DNA of 64,000 bases from an uncultured Haloferula sp. (GTDB lineage: Bacteria; Verrucomicrobiota; Verrucomicrobiia; Verrucomicrobiales; Akkermansiaceae): positions 97,907 to 161,906 of the forward strand of contig CBFGTS010000010.1 of assembly GCA_965652295.1 (NCBI GenBank). Direction: 5' to 3'. Below the pieces are notes generated by a model. That model worked only from the letters and a program-made list of their open reading frames with translations. It was not told the DNA's origin and did not search any database. Every line of letters starts with the position of its first letter. Positions within the stretch are counted from its first letter, which is position 1. Positions 8,232 to 19,088 of this stretch are shown here, one piece after another. A program made the position numbers and the translations under genes.

Positions 8232-9245
8232 ATGCCCAAGTTCAAATTGGAGTATATCTGGCTCGACGGCTATCTGCCGGTCCCGAACCTCCGCGGCAAG
8301 ACCCAGATCAAGGAATTCGACAGCTTCCCGTCCCTCGAAGAGCTTCCCATGTGGGGCTTTGACGGCAGCTCGACGATGCAAGCGGAAGGGAAAAGCTCGG
8401 ATTGCCTGCTCAAGCCGGTGGCGGTTTACCCCGATGCCACCCGCAACAATGGCGCGATCGTGATGTGCGAAGTTCTCCTTCCCGACGGTACGCCCCATCC
8501 GACCAACACCCGTGCGACGATTCCGGATGATCCGGACACCTGGTTCGGTTTCGAGCAGGAATATTTCCTCGTGGAAGATGGTCGTCCCCTCGGTTTCCCG
8601 AAGGGCGGCTGGCCGAACCCGCAGGGCGAATACTACACCGGCGTCGGCTACAAGAACGTCGGTGACGTCGCTCGCCAGATCGTCGAGGAGCACCTCGACA
8701 TTTGCCTCGACGCCGGCATCAACCACGAAGGCATCAATGCCGAAGTGGCCAAGGGCCAGTGGGAATTCCAGATCTTCGGCAAGGGCTCGAAGAGCGCCGC
8801 CGACCAAATCTGGGTGGCCCGCTACATCCTTCTCCGCCTCTGCGAAAGCTACGGCGTCGATGTCGACTGGCATTGCAAGCCTCTCAAGGGCGACTGGAAC
8901 GGCTCCGGCATGCACGCGAACTTCTCGACCAAGTTCATGCGCGAAACCGGTGGCGAGGAATACTTCAAGAACCTCATGGCCGCCTTCGAAAAGAACCGCG
9001 ACGAGCACATCGCCGCCTACGGCCCGGACAACCACATGCGTCTGACCGGCCTCCACGAAACCGCTTCGATCGACCAGTTCTCCTGGGGCGTGGCCGACCG
9101 TGGTGCTTCGATCCGGGTGCCGCACAGCTTCATCAACAACGGCTACAAGGGCTATCTGGAAGACCGCCGTCCGAACTCGCAGGGCGACCCCTATCAGATC
9201 GCCTCGCGCATCCTCAAGACCATCGAGGAAGTCCCGACGGCCTGA
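8232..9245 (+). CDS. glnII: Glutamine synthetase type II
   Basis: 337 aa; KLEYIWLDG, WGFDGSST, FGFEQEY, GINAEVAKGQWEFQ, DWNGSGMHANFS, RLTGLHET, NRG-like DRGASIRVP, GYLEDRRP. Confidence 0.95.
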   Translation: MPKFKLEYIWLDGYLPVPNLRGKTQIKEFDSFPSLEELPMWGFDGSSTMQAEGKSSDCLLKPVAVYPDATRNNGAIVMCEVLLPDGTPHPTNTRATIPDDPDTWFGFEQEYFLVEDGRPLGFPKGGWPNPQGEYYTGVGYKNVGDVARQIVEEHLDICLDAGINHEGINAEVAKGQWEFQIFGKGSKSAADQIWVARYILLRLCESYGVDVDWHCKPLKGDWNGSGMHANFSTKFMRETGGEEYFKNLMAAFEKNRDEHIAAYGPDNHMRLTGLHETASIDQFSWGVADRGASIRVPHSFINNGYKGYLEDRRPNSQGDPYQIASRILKTIEEVPTA

Positions 9246-9275
9246 TCGGATCCCGATTGGCACCGCTGATTCATG

Positions 9276-9315
9276 GAAACCGTCCGTCCCGTTCCGGGGC
9301 GGGCGGTTTTCTTTC
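9276..9315 (+). terminator. Intrinsic terminator after glnII
   Basis: GAAACCGTCCGTCCC-gttc-CGGGGCGGGCGGTTTTC followed by TTTC. Confidence 0.75.
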
Positions 9316-9356
9316 GGGCCGAGAGGAAGGGTGCGCCACGCCTCCGTGGCGGAAGG

Positions 9357-9974
9357 TTATTCTTCCTCCGAGGCGGGGGTGGGATCCTCGGTCGCCGGTT
9401 CCTCGGCAGGAGCTTCGGTTTCCGGCTCGGAGGGTTCTTCGATTTCCGGTTCCGCCTGGGGCAGGCGCCCGCCGCTTTCGAGAAGCTGGATGACCTCCTC
9501 CTGCACCTTTTCCACCTGATCGAGCGGGATGTTCGGATCGCGGACGAGGAAAGCCTCGCCGGTCTTCCGGTGTTCGTAGACCCGCAGGATGCCATCGGGC
9601 ACCGGTTGGGAGTCGGTTTCACGCAGGAGCTTCTGCCGCTCAAGCATGACGGCGAGGATGTAGCGGACGTTCTCGGTGTGATCCTCGTCTTCCTCGACCA
9701 AGCGTCGGAGGAGGCTCTCGGGATCCTCTTTTTTCATCGGATCTTCCTTCTCTTCATGGACCGGAGCTTCGTAAACGGTGCGCCAGAAGGAGAACGGTTG
9801 TTCCGCTCCCTCGTCCCGCGCATCCCAGGATGGCAGCGAAAAGTCCTTCCGCAGGTAGCCGGAGGACTCGGGGTCGGGGAAAAGGGCGGTAATGATGGGC
9901 TCGCCCTCGGTGAAGGGTTCGCCGGAGAGGGAGCAGTGGCGGGCGCGGGAGCGGATGTGCCAGGACTGGAGCAT
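9357..9974 (-). CDS. Hypothetical protein with acidic Pro/Glu tail
   Basis: 205-aa ORF (WHIRSRAR-C, FSFWRT, RYILAVMLERQK, LVRDP), 20 nt downstream of the LptF/G-family gene; probably co-transcribed. Confidence 0.78.
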   Translation of the reverse strand: MLQSWHIRSRARHCSLSGEPFTEGEPIITALFPDPESSGYLRKDFSLPSWDARDEGAEQPFSFWRTVYEAPVHEEKEDPMKKEDPESLLRRLVEEDEDHTENVRYILAVMLERQKLLRETDSQPVPDGILRVYEHRKTGEAFLVRDPNIPLDQVEKVQEEVIQLLESGGRLPQAEPEIEEPSEPETEAPAEEPATEDPTPASEEE

Positions 9975-9993
9975 GGTCGGGAAAGGCGGGGGC

Positions 9994-11340
9994 TCAGGAT
10001 TCGTCGGGGATCAACCGGCGGATGGTCTGATAGATGGGCCGCCCGGCCAGGCGGCGTTGGAACAGATACACCGCCAGCAGGCCGAAGAGGATGTTCGGCA
10101 ACCAAGCAGCAAGGGCCGGTGAAAGATGCCCTGAATCGCCGAGGGTGAGGGCCACGGTGGTGGCGAACATGAGGCCGGCGGAGAGGAACACGGCGAGAGC
10201 CACGCCGCCGGAGGCACCGCGGCGGGAGAACACCACGCCGAGCGGAGTGGCGAGCAGCACCATGATGAGGCAGTTGAAGGGCTGGGCGAAACGATGGTGC
10301 CACTGGGTCCGGTGGGTGGCTCGGGCCCGGGCGGCGTGGCCCTTTGCCCGGAGCCAGCCGGCGAGCTCCGGAATGCCGAGCTGGTGGGCGGGAAGGCTTG
10401 GCTGGACGATTTCCGCCGGCGTTTCGCGCCAGCCGGTCACAATGTAGGGATCGGGCAGGTCGTGATCGAATTTCGGCGGCTCGCCCATCTCGATCTGCCG
10501 CCGGACGGGATCGGTGAAAGTCCAGGTGCCGGCAGCGCGGTTCCACGTGGCGGTTTCGGCGATCAAGGTGCTTTTCAGGGTGCCGTCCGGGTTTTCCTCA
10601 ATGATCCGGATGCCGCGGAGCGGAGCGCCGAGCATGTAATCGACCGGCACGCTGCGCACCATCCAGGTCCGCCGCACGCGGGGATTCCGGAATGGTTCGC
10701 TGAAGGGCAGCGTTTCATCCAACCCACGGGCCGACTCCAGGATCCGGCGCTCCTTGCCCACCGCGGCGGGAGCCCAGTGGAAATCCAGGCCCATGCAGAA
10801 TAGCGTGGCCAGCAGCCCGGTGATCAGGAAGGGCAGGGTCACCCGCGCGAGGCCGCGCCCGGTCTGGATCATCGCTACGATTTCCCGCGATGAGGAAAGC
10901 CGTCCGAGGCAGAAAAGCAGTGAGAGCAGCAGTGCGTAGGGGATCAGCGTGACGAAGATCTCCGGCATCCGCGCCCCGTAGAGTGCCAGCATCGTGCCCG
11001 CGACGTTGCCGCTGGCTTGGAGTTCCGTGAGGTTGTCCTGGAAATCGACCAGCAGCCAGATGGTCAGCAGGGCGGCGAAGGTGACGGACAGAAGCCCGAG
11101 AAACTGCCGTGTGACGTAGCGCGCCAGCGTGCCGGCGAAGCCGTAGAGAATGGCCGCGACGGCGGGCAGGAGAAACAGCCCGGCGAGCACCACCGGCCGC
11201 AGGCGGTGCGTGCCGACATCCGCATCCGGGAAGCTGGCGAGGTGTTCCGCCACCGCGGTCTGTTCCCGCGGCACCCACAGGGCCGCCGCGGCGAGGCCGG
11301 TGAGGAGCAGGAGGATGCTGGGAAGGAATCGCCGTGGCAT
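9994..11340 (-). CDS. LptF/LptG (YjgP/YjgQ) family LPS-export permease
   Basis: [60 protein letters not shown]. Confidence 0.88.
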   Translation of the reverse strand: MPRRFLPSILLLLTGLAAAALWVPREQTAVAEHLASFPDADVGTHRLRPVVLAGLFLLPAVAAILYGFAGTLARYVTRQFLGLLSVTFAALLTIWLLVDFQDNLTELQASGNVAGTMLALYGARMPEIFVTLIPYALLLSLLFCLGRLSSSREIVAMIQTGRGLARVTLPFLITGLLATLFCMGLDFHWAPAAVGKERRILESARGLDETLPFSEPFRNPRVRRTWMVRSVPVDYMLGAPLRGIRIIEENPDGTLKSTLIAETATWNRAAGTWTFTDPVRRQIEMGEPPKFDHDLPDPYIVTGWRETPAEIVQPSLPAHQLGIPELAGWLRAKGHAARARATHRTQWHHRFAQPFNCLIMVLLATPLGVVFSRRGASGGVALAVFLSAGLMFATTVALTLGDSGHLSPALAAWLPNILFGLLAVYLFQRRLAGRPIYQTIRRLIPDES

Positions 11341-11443
11341 GGGTGGTCTCGGCCGCGAAGCATGGATGGATCGCCGCCCTTGTAAAGGTCGCGGCAACTT
11401 CGCGCTTGGATCGCGGGCCGCCCCGGAGCGGAATGACGGCACG

Positions 11444-13441
11444 ATGATCGGACTTGCGGGAGAGCAGGCGGCGCCCGGCGGCCTGGCGGAGGAAATCGCG
11501 CACGCGTTTTCCCCGGGCGGACTGCTGTCGAAATCCCCGGACTTTGAATTCCGCCCCCAGCAGCTGGAAATGGCCATCGCCATCGCCCGCGCGCTGGAGC
11601 GGCGGCAGTCGCTGGTGGCGGAGGCGGGCACCGGCGTTGGTAAATCCCTGGCCTACCTCCTGCCCGCCGCCCGTCACGCGCTGGAGAGTGGCCGCAAGGG
11701 CATCATTTCCACCCATACGATCAATCTCCAGGAGCAACTCGTCAGGAAGGACATTCCGATCGTCCGCAAGCTCCTCGGTGCCGAGCTGCCTGCCGTGCTG
11801 CTGAAGGGCCGCGGCAACTACCTCTGCCCGGCGCGGCTGAAACGCGCCCGGGAGCAGACGCGCGACCTCTTCACCGGCGGCGAGGCCGACGAGCTGGAGG
11901 CGATCGCGAAATGGTCCGAGTCGACCCGCGATGGCACGCTGAGCGACCTTGAGTTCCAGCCCTCGATGAAAGTCTGGCTGCAGGTTTGCTCCGAGGCCCA
12001 CATCTGCACCGCGCGCTACTGCGGCCCGCGGGGAAACTGCTTTTTTCAGGAAGCCCGCAAGCGCGCGGCCGAGGCGCGGCTGGTGGTGGTGAACCACACG
12101 CTGTTCTTCGCGCTGATGGATACCGGCGAACTGTCCGAGGACGGGCGCACCGCCGGCTTCCTGTTTCCCGATGACTTCGCGGTGCTCGACGAGGCCCACA
12201 CCGTCGAGCAGGTCGCGGCGGTGCAGCTCGGCCTGCGGATCAGCCAGGCCGGCCTGCGTTTCGACCTCCAGAGGTTGTACGATGGACGCCGTAGAAAGGG
12301 TCTGCTCAAGAGCTACGGCAGGCCGGCGCTGCTGCAGGCGGTGGAGAACGCCCGGATCGCGGCGGAGAAGCTCTTTCACGAGCTTGGCGGCGCGGCGAGC
12401 TTCGGCGAGTGGTCGAAGGAATGGCGCGTGCGTGAGCCGGAAGTCGTTCCGAACGTCGCCGCCGCTCCGCTGCGCGAGCTGTGGGAGGGGATCGATGCGA
12501 TTGCGGCGGAAACCGAGCACGAGATGAGCCGCAACGAGCTGCAGGACGCGTCCCGGCGGTTGCGCGAGGTGCATGGATCGATCACCGCCTTTCTTGATCA
12601 GCAACACGAGGACTGCGTCCACTGGGTCGAACGCGCGGGCCGCGACGAAACGCTGTTCTCGATGCACGCCGCGCCAGTGAACGTGGCCGACCGGTTGCGC
12701 CCGCTGCTTTTCGGCGAGGGAAAAACCTGTATCATGGCCAGCGCCACGCTCGGCGTCGGAGATCCGGCGCTGAAGTGGTTCCGCGGCCGGGTGGGGGCCG
12801 AGGAGGTCGAGGCGAGAAGCATCGGCAGCCCCTTCGATTACCGCAGCCAGATGCAGCTGAAGATCTGGAAGACCATGCCGGAGCCGAGCGCGCGCGATTA
12901 CGGACCGGCTTTGATCAAGGCCATCGGCGAGGCGGTGGCGATGAGCCGCGGGAGGGCCTTCGTGCTCTTCACCAGCTATCGGATGATGCGCGATGCGGCG
13001 GCGGCGCTGCGCGATCGCTTTGATCACGAGGGTTGGCGTCTGCTCGTCCAGGGCGAGGGCATGCCACGACACAAGATGATCGAGGTTTTCCGCGAGGACA
13101 CCGACAGCGTGCTGTTCGGCACCGACAGCTTCTGGACCGGCGTCGATGTGCCGGGTGAGGCGCTGTCCAACGTGGTCGTGACGCGCCTGCCGTTCGCCGT
13201 GCCGGACCATCCGCTTACCCAGGCGCGGTTGGAAGCCTTGGAGGCATCTGGCGGGAATCCGTTCATGGACTATTCGGTTCCGGAGGCGATCCTCAAGCTG
13301 CGGCAAGGCGTGGGACGGCTCATCCGCACCGCTCGCGACGAAGGACTCGTCTGCCTGCTCGACAACCGCGTGTTGACGAAACGCTACGGCAAGCTCTTCC
13401 TCGAAGCGCTGCCCGACGCGCCGCGGGAGATCATCGGCTGA
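11444..13441 (+). CDS. DinG/YoaA-family ATP-dependent DNA helicase (Fe-S)
   Basis: Q-motif [27 protein letters not shown], Fe-S cysteines (C..AHICT.RYC...C), [35 protein letters not shown]. Confidence 0.93.
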   Translation: MIGLAGEQAAPGGLAEEIAHAFSPGGLLSKSPDFEFRPQQLEMAIAIARALERRQSLVAEAGTGVGKSLAYLLPAARHALESGRKGIISTHTINLQEQLVRKDIPIVRKLLGAELPAVLLKGRGNYLCPARLKRAREQTRDLFTGGEADELEAIAKWSESTRDGTLSDLEFQPSMKVWLQVCSEAHICTARYCGPRGNCFFQEARKRAAEARLVVVNHTLFFALMDTGELSEDGRTAGFLFPDDFAVLDEAHTVEQVAAVQLGLRISQAGLRFDLQRLYDGRRRKGLLKSYGRPALLQAVENARIAAEKLFHELGGAASFGEWSKEWRVREPEVVPNVAAAPLRELWEGIDAIAAETEHEMSRNELQDASRRLREVHGSITAFLDQQHEDCVHWVERAGRDETLFSMHAAPVNVADRLRPLLFGEGKTCIMASATLGVGDPALKWFRGRVGAEEVEARSIGSPFDYRSQMQLKIWKTMPEPSARDYGPALIKAIGEAVAMSRGRAFVLFTSYRMMRDAAAALRDRFDHEGWRLLVQGEGMPRHKMIEVFREDTDSVLFGTDSFWTGVDVPGEALSNVVVTRLPFAVPDHPLTQARLEALEASGGNPFMDYSVPEAILKLRQGVGRLIRTARDEGLVCLLDNRVLTKRYGKLFLEALPDAPREIIG

Positions 13442-14171
13442 CGCCTTCCGGGCCGTCGTGCCAGCGCACCGACGCGATCGCCTCGCGGAGCTGCGCCGCG
13501 CTCCATTGGCCGGGGGCGGTGGGCGTGTCTCCGAGGTAGCCGTAGTTCAGCACCGAGCCGAGCTGGGCGAACATCACGCGCGAAGCCGGGGCGAAGGGTC
13601 CCATGCCCATCAGCGAGACGGGGAAATCCGAGCCGGCGACGAACTGGGCGAGCGCCGGGAGCTGATCGAGCTTCCAGCCCAGCTCGAAGGCGGCCTTGAA
13701 GCACGCCGCGCCCAGATGGCGTGCGTTTTCGCGGCCCGCGTGGAGCGTGGCTAGATCCGGCGTGCCATGAAAGTCATGGTAGGAGGCGATCCAAGGCAGC
13801 CGGCGATTTGTCAGCTCATCGATCAATCCGGCCATCTCGCCGGTGGATGCGAGTTCGATGTCGATCAGGCTGGCGTCGTCGAGCACCTCCCGCAGCATCG
13901 CCGTGCGGGCTTCCGCGGAAAGGTCGCCGGCGCCCCCTTCCGAAGCCCGGCGGGCCGTGAAAAGGAGCGGAATTTTTTGAAATCTCATCCAGGCCCGCTG
14001 TCCGCGCTCGTTGGCGGTGAGGAGGTCCAGACGGATCTCCAGGCAGTCGCAGCACTCCACGGCGCGGGCCGGATCCAGGGTGCGGAGGACCTCTCCGGAG
14101 CCGATGCTGCCAACCACCCGGGGGTGGCGGGGTGAGAGAACAAAGGCGGTGCGGTCCACCGCGCGAGCCAA
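13431..14171 (-). CDS. aroD: Type I 3-dehydroquinate dehydratase
   Basis: [32 protein letters not shown], Schiff-base Lys in CFKAA, MGMG..ASR; start uncertain. Confidence 0.85.
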   Translation of the reverse strand: MARAVDRTAFVLSPRHPRVVGSIGSGEVLRTLDPARAVECCDCLEIRLDLLTANERGQRAWMRFQKIPLLFTARRASEGGAGDLSAEARTAMLREVLDDASLIDIELASTGEMAGLIDELTNRRLPWIASYHDFHGTPDLATLHAGRENARHLGAACFKAAFELGWKLDQLPALAQFVAGSDFPVSLMGMGPFAPASRVMFAQLGSVLNYGYLGDTPTAPGQWSAAQLREAIASVRWHDGPEGVSR

Positions 14172-14326
14172 CCGGGGGTCGGGCAGGGTGTCAATCGAAG
14201 CGTGAGGCTCTCGCCCGCTGACATTGTGTTTACGTAGGAACTCGCGGAGTTTTTTCCTCGTATAACGGCCTTTTCGCTGGTCAATGCACGTCTCGAACTT
14301 CTAGTTCTCAAAAAACCTAAGGACTT

Positions 14327-14950
14327 ATGAAACCCTCCCATTTTCCCGCGCCCAAAGCGGCGCTTGTCGCCGTGTGTGCCGCAGTGTTTGGTCTTGCAGG
14401 AGTTGCGCATGCTCAAAAGGCCGCAGAAATCGCCGAACCTACCTTCGACGCGCTGCCCTCGCCCCAGTTCGAGGGGACCAAAAACAAGAGCTTCAAGCCG
14501 AAGGACTGGCTGGAGGTCGAAGCCGGCATCACCATCCCGGCGATGAGCCGCGAGCAAGACGCCATCGGCTTCATCGATGAGGTGACGGTGAAGTGGTACG
14601 TGGCCGTCGAGGACAAGGCGACCCGCAAGAACGTTCTCCTAACCAAGGACGTGAACCACATCAACGTGCCGGTGGGCGAGGAGTTCTTCTCGTCCGTCTA
14701 CATCTCGCCGAACACCCTGAAGCGCCTGACCGGTGCCGATCGCGCGTCGAAAGGTGCCGTGGAGGTGGTGGCACTGGAGGTTCTGGTCAATGGCCAGAAG
14801 GTCGGTGAAGCGACCACCAAGCATAATTCAGGATGGTGGAATTCCGGAAATCTTTCGCGCACCGATCAATTCCCGCTGCTCAGCAAGGACAAAACCCCCT
14901 TCAAAAACTTTTGGTGGGACCGCTACGCGGAAATCCAAGAAGAGCGCTGA
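14327..14950 (+). CDS. Amuc_1102-like secreted protein
   Basis: Signal peptide ending AHA; PSPQF...KSFKPKDWLEVE, beta-rich body, WW..LLSKDKTPF..WWDRY tail; first gene of the pil-like cluster. Confidence 0.7.
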   Translation: MKPSHFPAPKAALVAVCAAVFGLAGVAHAQKAAEIAEPTFDALPSPQFEGTKNKSFKPKDWLEVEAGITIPAMSREQDAIGFIDEVTVKWYVAVEDKATRKNVLLTKDVNHINVPVGEEFFSSVYISPNTLKRLTGADRASKGAVEVVALEVLVNGQKVGEATTKHNSGWWNSGNLSRTDQFPLLSKDKTPFKNFWWDRYAEIQEER

Positions 14951-15019
14951 CCTTCCCGTGCGTCGCTTTCGCCGTCCCATTCCGGGGCAGGCACCCCAGT
15001 TTCAAGAAACAGATCCACT

Positions 15020-16873
15020 ATGGCTGATAACCAGTCCACCATCGCCCTGAACATCGGGACCCAACGGGTCAGCATGGCAGTCTTCGAGCCATCGAAGTCC
15101 GGCGCGCTCGTCCTCAAGGCCTACGATGCCGAATCCATCCTCGCGGACCCGGCCACTGAAGCGGCCCGTGCCGCCCAGATCAGCAACGCCATTTCCACGC
15201 TCGTCGGCCGCGCCGGCGTCAAGGGCAAGGTCCGCTACTCGATCTCCGGGCAGTCCGTCTTCATCCGCTTCGTCAAGCTGCCGCCGCTGGGAGACGACGA
15301 CATCGAGCAGCTCGTCGCCTTTGAGGCCCAGCAGCACGTGCCCTTCCCTCTGGACGAGGTGGTGTGGGATTACGAAATCCTTGAAGCCGAGGGGGAAAAG
15401 GAGGTCGTCATTGTCGCCATCAAGGGCGATGCCCTCGACGAGATCAACGAAAGCGTCAATGAAACCGGGCTCGGTACCGCCGAGGTGGATGTCGCCCCGA
15501 TGGCGCTCTACAACGCCTTCCGCGCCGCCCAGCCGAACCTCGATGAGCCGGTGCTGCTCATCGACGTGGGAGCCAAGACCAGCGATCTCCTTTACATCGA
15601 AGGCGATCGGTTCTTCACCCGCAGTGCCGCCGTCGGTGGCTCCGCCGTGACCACCGCGATCTCGAAGGAGTTCGACGTGCCGTTCGCCGAGGCGGAAATG
15701 CACAAGACCCAGAATGGTCTGGTGGCTTTGGGTGGCGGCCATACGGAGCAGCTCGACGATGCCGCCGCCGCGCTGGCGATGACCATCCGCAACGCGATGA
15801 CCCGTCTGGCGACGGAGATTCCGCGGACGACGAACTACTACCGCAGCCAGCACAACGGCAACGCGCCGAAGCATGTGTTCCTCGCGGGTGGTGGTGCCAA
15901 CCTGCCCTACGCCAAGGAGTTTTTTGAAGAAAAACTGCGTCTCCCGGTCGACTACTTCAACCCGCTGCCGGCGATCACGCTCGGCAAGGGAGTGGATGCC
16001 GATCGCGTTTCCAAGGAGGCTCACATGATGGGTGAGCTGATCGGCCTCGGCCTCCGGGGGGTCGGCAAATCGAAGCTCAACATCGATCTGGTTCCGACCA
16101 AGGTGGGCGAGGCCCGTGCCGCGGAAAAGCGCAAGCCATTCCTGCTGGCCGCCGCCGCCGTGGTGGTGGGCGGAGCGGCTCTTGCCGGATTGTTCCGCAT
16201 GCAGGCCGCCAACAAGGCCGAAGCCCAGGCCGCCAGTGCCGAGGCACAGTTCGCTGAGCTCCGGTCACCGGCCAAAGCCATTCAGGATGCCGTCGAGATC
16301 GAGGAGGAACTCACCGAAATCGCCAGCCAATATGTGCAGGCCGAGCAAGCCCGCGTCCTTTGGGCGGATATCTACCGCGAGCTGAGCAATGCTTTCGCCA
16401 GCGAAGCGATCTGGTTCACGGACTTCAGCCCGGTGGCCGGATACGATCCCTTCGCCACGCAGCCGACCCAGCCGGGCGAAGCGGTGGTGCAGGACGAATT
16501 TGCGGCGCTGGCCTATGGCCAGTCGGCGTTGAAGGACATCAAGGTGGCTGCCCCGGAGAGCAACCGCCGCAGCCGGCGGGATGCCGCCCCGGCCGCCTCC
16601 GCCAAGGTCAATGCCATCCGCATCCGCGGCTTCTGGCTCAACAAGCAGGGCGTTTCCTCCAACATCGTGTTCGACCTCCTCAAACGTCTGGAGGAGAACA
16701 TCAACGATGGCCACAGCCACTTCACCTTCACCGTCACTGGCGACAAGAAGAAGGAGGTGAAGCTGGAGGCGAAGCAACTCGCTCCGGTGGTCCAATCCGA
16801 CCCCGCCGAGGGCGAATACGCCGCCCCTTTCGAGCTGGTGCTGCCCTTGGCCCAACCCGTCGATTACCGCTAA
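15020..16873 (+). CDS. pilM: PilM-like actin-fold ATPase fused to a PilN-like TM/periplasmic domain (Amuc_1101-like)
   Basis: IALNIG, FIRFVKLPP, FEAQQHVPFPLDEVVWDY, VDVAPMALYNA, LIDVGAKTS, FLAGGGA, INL-like LNIDLVP, then TM helix, coiled coil and periplasmic domain. Confidence 0.88.
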   Translation: MADNQSTIALNIGTQRVSMAVFEPSKSGALVLKAYDAESILADPATEAARAAQISNAISTLVGRAGVKGKVRYSISGQSVFIRFVKLPPLGDDDIEQLVAFEAQQHVPFPLDEVVWDYEILEAEGEKEVVIVAIKGDALDEINESVNETGLGTAEVDVAPMALYNAFRAAQPNLDEPVLLIDVGAKTSDLLYIEGDRFFTRSAAVGGSAVTTAISKEFDVPFAEAEMHKTQNGLVALGGGHTEQLDDAAAALAMTIRNAMTRLATEIPRTTNYYRSQHNGNAPKHVFLAGGGANLPYAKEFFEEKLRLPVDYFNPLPAITLGKGVDADRVSKEAHMMGELIGLGLRGVGKSKLNIDLVPTKVGEARAAEKRKPFLLAAAAVVVGGAALAGLFRMQAANKAEAQAASAEAQFAELRSPAKAIQDAVEIEEELTEIASQYVQAEQARVLWADIYRELSNAFASEAIWFTDFSPVAGYDPFATQPTQPGEAVVQDEFAALAYGQSALKDIKVAAPESNRRSRRDAAPAASAKVNAIRIRGFWLNKQGVSSNIVFDLLKRLEENINDGHSHFTFTVTGDKKKEVKLEAKQLAPVVQSDPAEGEYAAPFELVLPLAQPVDYR

Positions 16874-16891
16874 TCCCGATTTTCCAAGACC

Positions 16892-17887
16892 ATGAGTTTT
16901 CAGGAGCAAAAGTTCCCCATCGTTCTAGGTTCCGTCACCGTCGTCCTCACGGGCGTGCTCGTGTGGTGGGGCATCAAGAGCGGATCCCGTTATGAGGAGG
17001 CCGAGCAGGCCTACACCAAGGCGGTGTCTTCCATTGAAACCGTCAACAACTGGAAGTTGCCCAAGGTGCCACCCACCGAGGAGAACCGCCGCGGCAAGGA
17101 AAAGGCCGTGTCGGATTTCCGTAAGGGAGTTGAGGAAATCCAGCAGTCGTTCGACAAGTTCCGCGCCGCGGAGCTTGAAAACATCGACCCGACCGCTTTC
17201 AGCGATCGCCTGCTCGAGGCCACCAAGCGCGTGACTTCGAAGTTCGATCAGGTCGGCACCCAGCTGCCCTCCGGCTTCTACCTTGGATTCGCGCGCTACA
17301 CCGACCAGCTTCCCAAGGCCGACCAGACCGGTCTTCTCGGCTATGAGCTGGCTGCCAGCGAAGAGCTGTTCATGAAGCTTGCCGAAGCCGGCCCGGCTCG
17401 TCTTTTGAACGTCTATCGGCGGATCATGCCGGAAGAAGCGGACCAGGAGACCGACCTCAAGGGGAAGGCCTACCGCACCCACTCCTTCGAGGTCACTTTC
17501 AGCGGCCGTGAAGGTGCGTTGCGGGAGTTCCTCGCCTCGCTCGTCAATTCCGACAAGCACTACTACGTGGTCCGCACCATGCGGGTGAAGAATGAGCGGG
17601 AAACCGCTCCGAACTCCGGCGACGCCAAGTTCGAGCAACCGCAGGCAGCCGGTGGCGGCGATGCGGGTGCCAGCCCGTTTGACGGAGGAGGCTTCGTTTT
17701 CCCAGGTGAGGAAGGTGCCGAGGAAGCTTCCGGCGAAGAGGAGGCTCCTGTCGTCGAAGAAGCTCCGGCCGAGCCTGTGGATACCGGCGAGATCCTCAAA
17801 CAAGTCCTCGGATCCGAGGCCGTGCGCGTGTTCATGCGCATCGACGTCCTGCAGTTTCTCGAAGCTCAGGAGCTCCCCAAAGGCTGA
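16892..17887 (+). CDS. Amuc_1100-like / PilO-like protein
   Basis: N-terminal TM helix, coiled coil, FYLGF..Y, FEVTFSGREGALREFLASL (PilO-type ferredoxin-like fold); position matches the Amuc_1100 slot. Confidence 0.72.
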   Translation: MSFQEQKFPIVLGSVTVVLTGVLVWWGIKSGSRYEEAEQAYTKAVSSIETVNNWKLPKVPPTEENRRGKEKAVSDFRKGVEEIQQSFDKFRAAELENIDPTAFSDRLLEATKRVTSKFDQVGTQLPSGFYLGFARYTDQLPKADQTGLLGYELAASEELFMKLAEAGPARLLNVYRRIMPEEADQETDLKGKAYRTHSFEVTFSGREGALREFLASLVNSDKHYYVVRTMRVKNERETAPNSGDAKFEQPQAAGGGDAGASPFDGGGFVFPGEEGAEEASGEEEAPVVEEAPAEPVDTGEILKQVLGSEAVRVFMRIDVLQFLEAQELPKG

Positions 17888-17910
17888 ATTAACGATTTGA
17901 TCTGACACCC

Positions 17911-19008
17911 ATGTCCAAAGCTCCAAAAAACATCGAGAAAATCCTGCTCGGCGCCGGCGTTGTCGTCGGCGGTGCCCTGGTGGCTCTCGGTTTCATGAAA
18001 AACGCCGGCACCGACGAGGACTTCGGTTCCTCAATCGGCGAACCTCGGAACGTCGACCCTTCGGTTCCCCTCGCCAACGACGTGACGGCGGCGATCACCT
18101 CCGTGGGAAGTGAACCCGAGGTGCCTGCGGCCACGGTCCCTGCTCCCACTCTGGAGGAGGGCACCCGCCCGATCGATCTCTACGTCGGCGTGCCGCTGTA
18201 TGCCAGCCGTGACAATCCGAACGAGCCGGTGGACCCGGTGACCGCGGCGGATATCCATCCTCCGATCCCTAATGCCTGGTGGCTGAAGTACGGTGCCAAG
18301 CTGAACTACGCCGACTCTCCGAGTCGCGACGACGACAACGACGGCTTCACCAATGCCGAAGAGTTCAAGGCCGACACCGATCCGACCAATGCATCGAAGC
18401 ATCCGCCGCTCATCGCCAAGCTGAAGTACGTCACCGACGATTCGTTCCGCTGGATCATCCTTCCGGGCACGCCGATCACCGAGAAGCTGACTCCGAAGCT
18501 TGAAGCCGGCATGCCCGTGCTGGAACCGCCGGTCAAGATGCGCGTGGGCTTCGCCGACGCCATCAAGGAAGGAGAGATCTTCTTCAAGGAAGGGGACGAG
18601 CGGTTCGTCAACCGCTTCAAATACCTGGGAGTGGAGGAGCGGGACGTCCGCAACGAACGCCTCAATATTGATCAGAAGGTGACCTTCGCGAAGTTCGAGG
18701 ACCAGAAGGACAACAAGAAAGGTCTGGTCTACGAGTTCCCGGTCAGCATCCCGCGCGCCGAGCGCGAGGGACTCTCGGAATACGACCGGTTCGCGGTGCT
18801 GGATCTTCGCGCCTTGGGTTTGGCCGGGAATGACTTCCGGGTCGAGGAACGCCGTCATTTCGCCCTTCCGCCGGATGCGGAGGAGAAGACGTACTACCTC
18901 AAGGAAGTCACGCCGGAGAAGATCGTCGTTGAATGGAAGGACGGTGAGGAAACCCGTTCCGTCGAGATCCCCAAGGGTCAGATGCCTGAAATCGACCTCG
19001 GTCAATGA
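17911..19008 (+). CDS. Amuc_1099-like membrane-anchored protein with a Ca-binding TSP3-like repeat
   Basis: N-terminal TM helix; DDDNDGFTNAEEFKADTDP motif; lies between the PilO-like gene and the secretin. Confidence 0.7.
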   Translation: MSKAPKNIEKILLGAGVVVGGALVALGFMKNAGTDEDFGSSIGEPRNVDPSVPLANDVTAAITSVGSEPEVPAATVPAPTLEEGTRPIDLYVGVPLYASRDNPNEPVDPVTAADIHPPIPNAWWLKYGAKLNYADSPSRDDDNDGFTNAEEFKADTDPTNASKHPPLIAKLKYVTDDSFRWIILPGTPITEKLTPKLEAGMPVLEPPVKMRVGFADAIKEGEIFFKEGDERFVNRFKYLGVEERDVRNERLNIDQKVTFAKFEDQKDNKKGLVYEFPVSIPRAEREGLSEYDRFAVLDLRALGLAGNDFRVEERRHFALPPDAEEKTYYLKEVTPEKIVVEWKDGEETRSVEIPKGQMPEIDLGQ

Positions 19009-19088
19009 TCATTCACTGAGCCTTTCTTCTCTCTATCAAAAATTCGCTTCCCAAACGCCGGTCACCCCGGCAGAAACCACCACCAACC

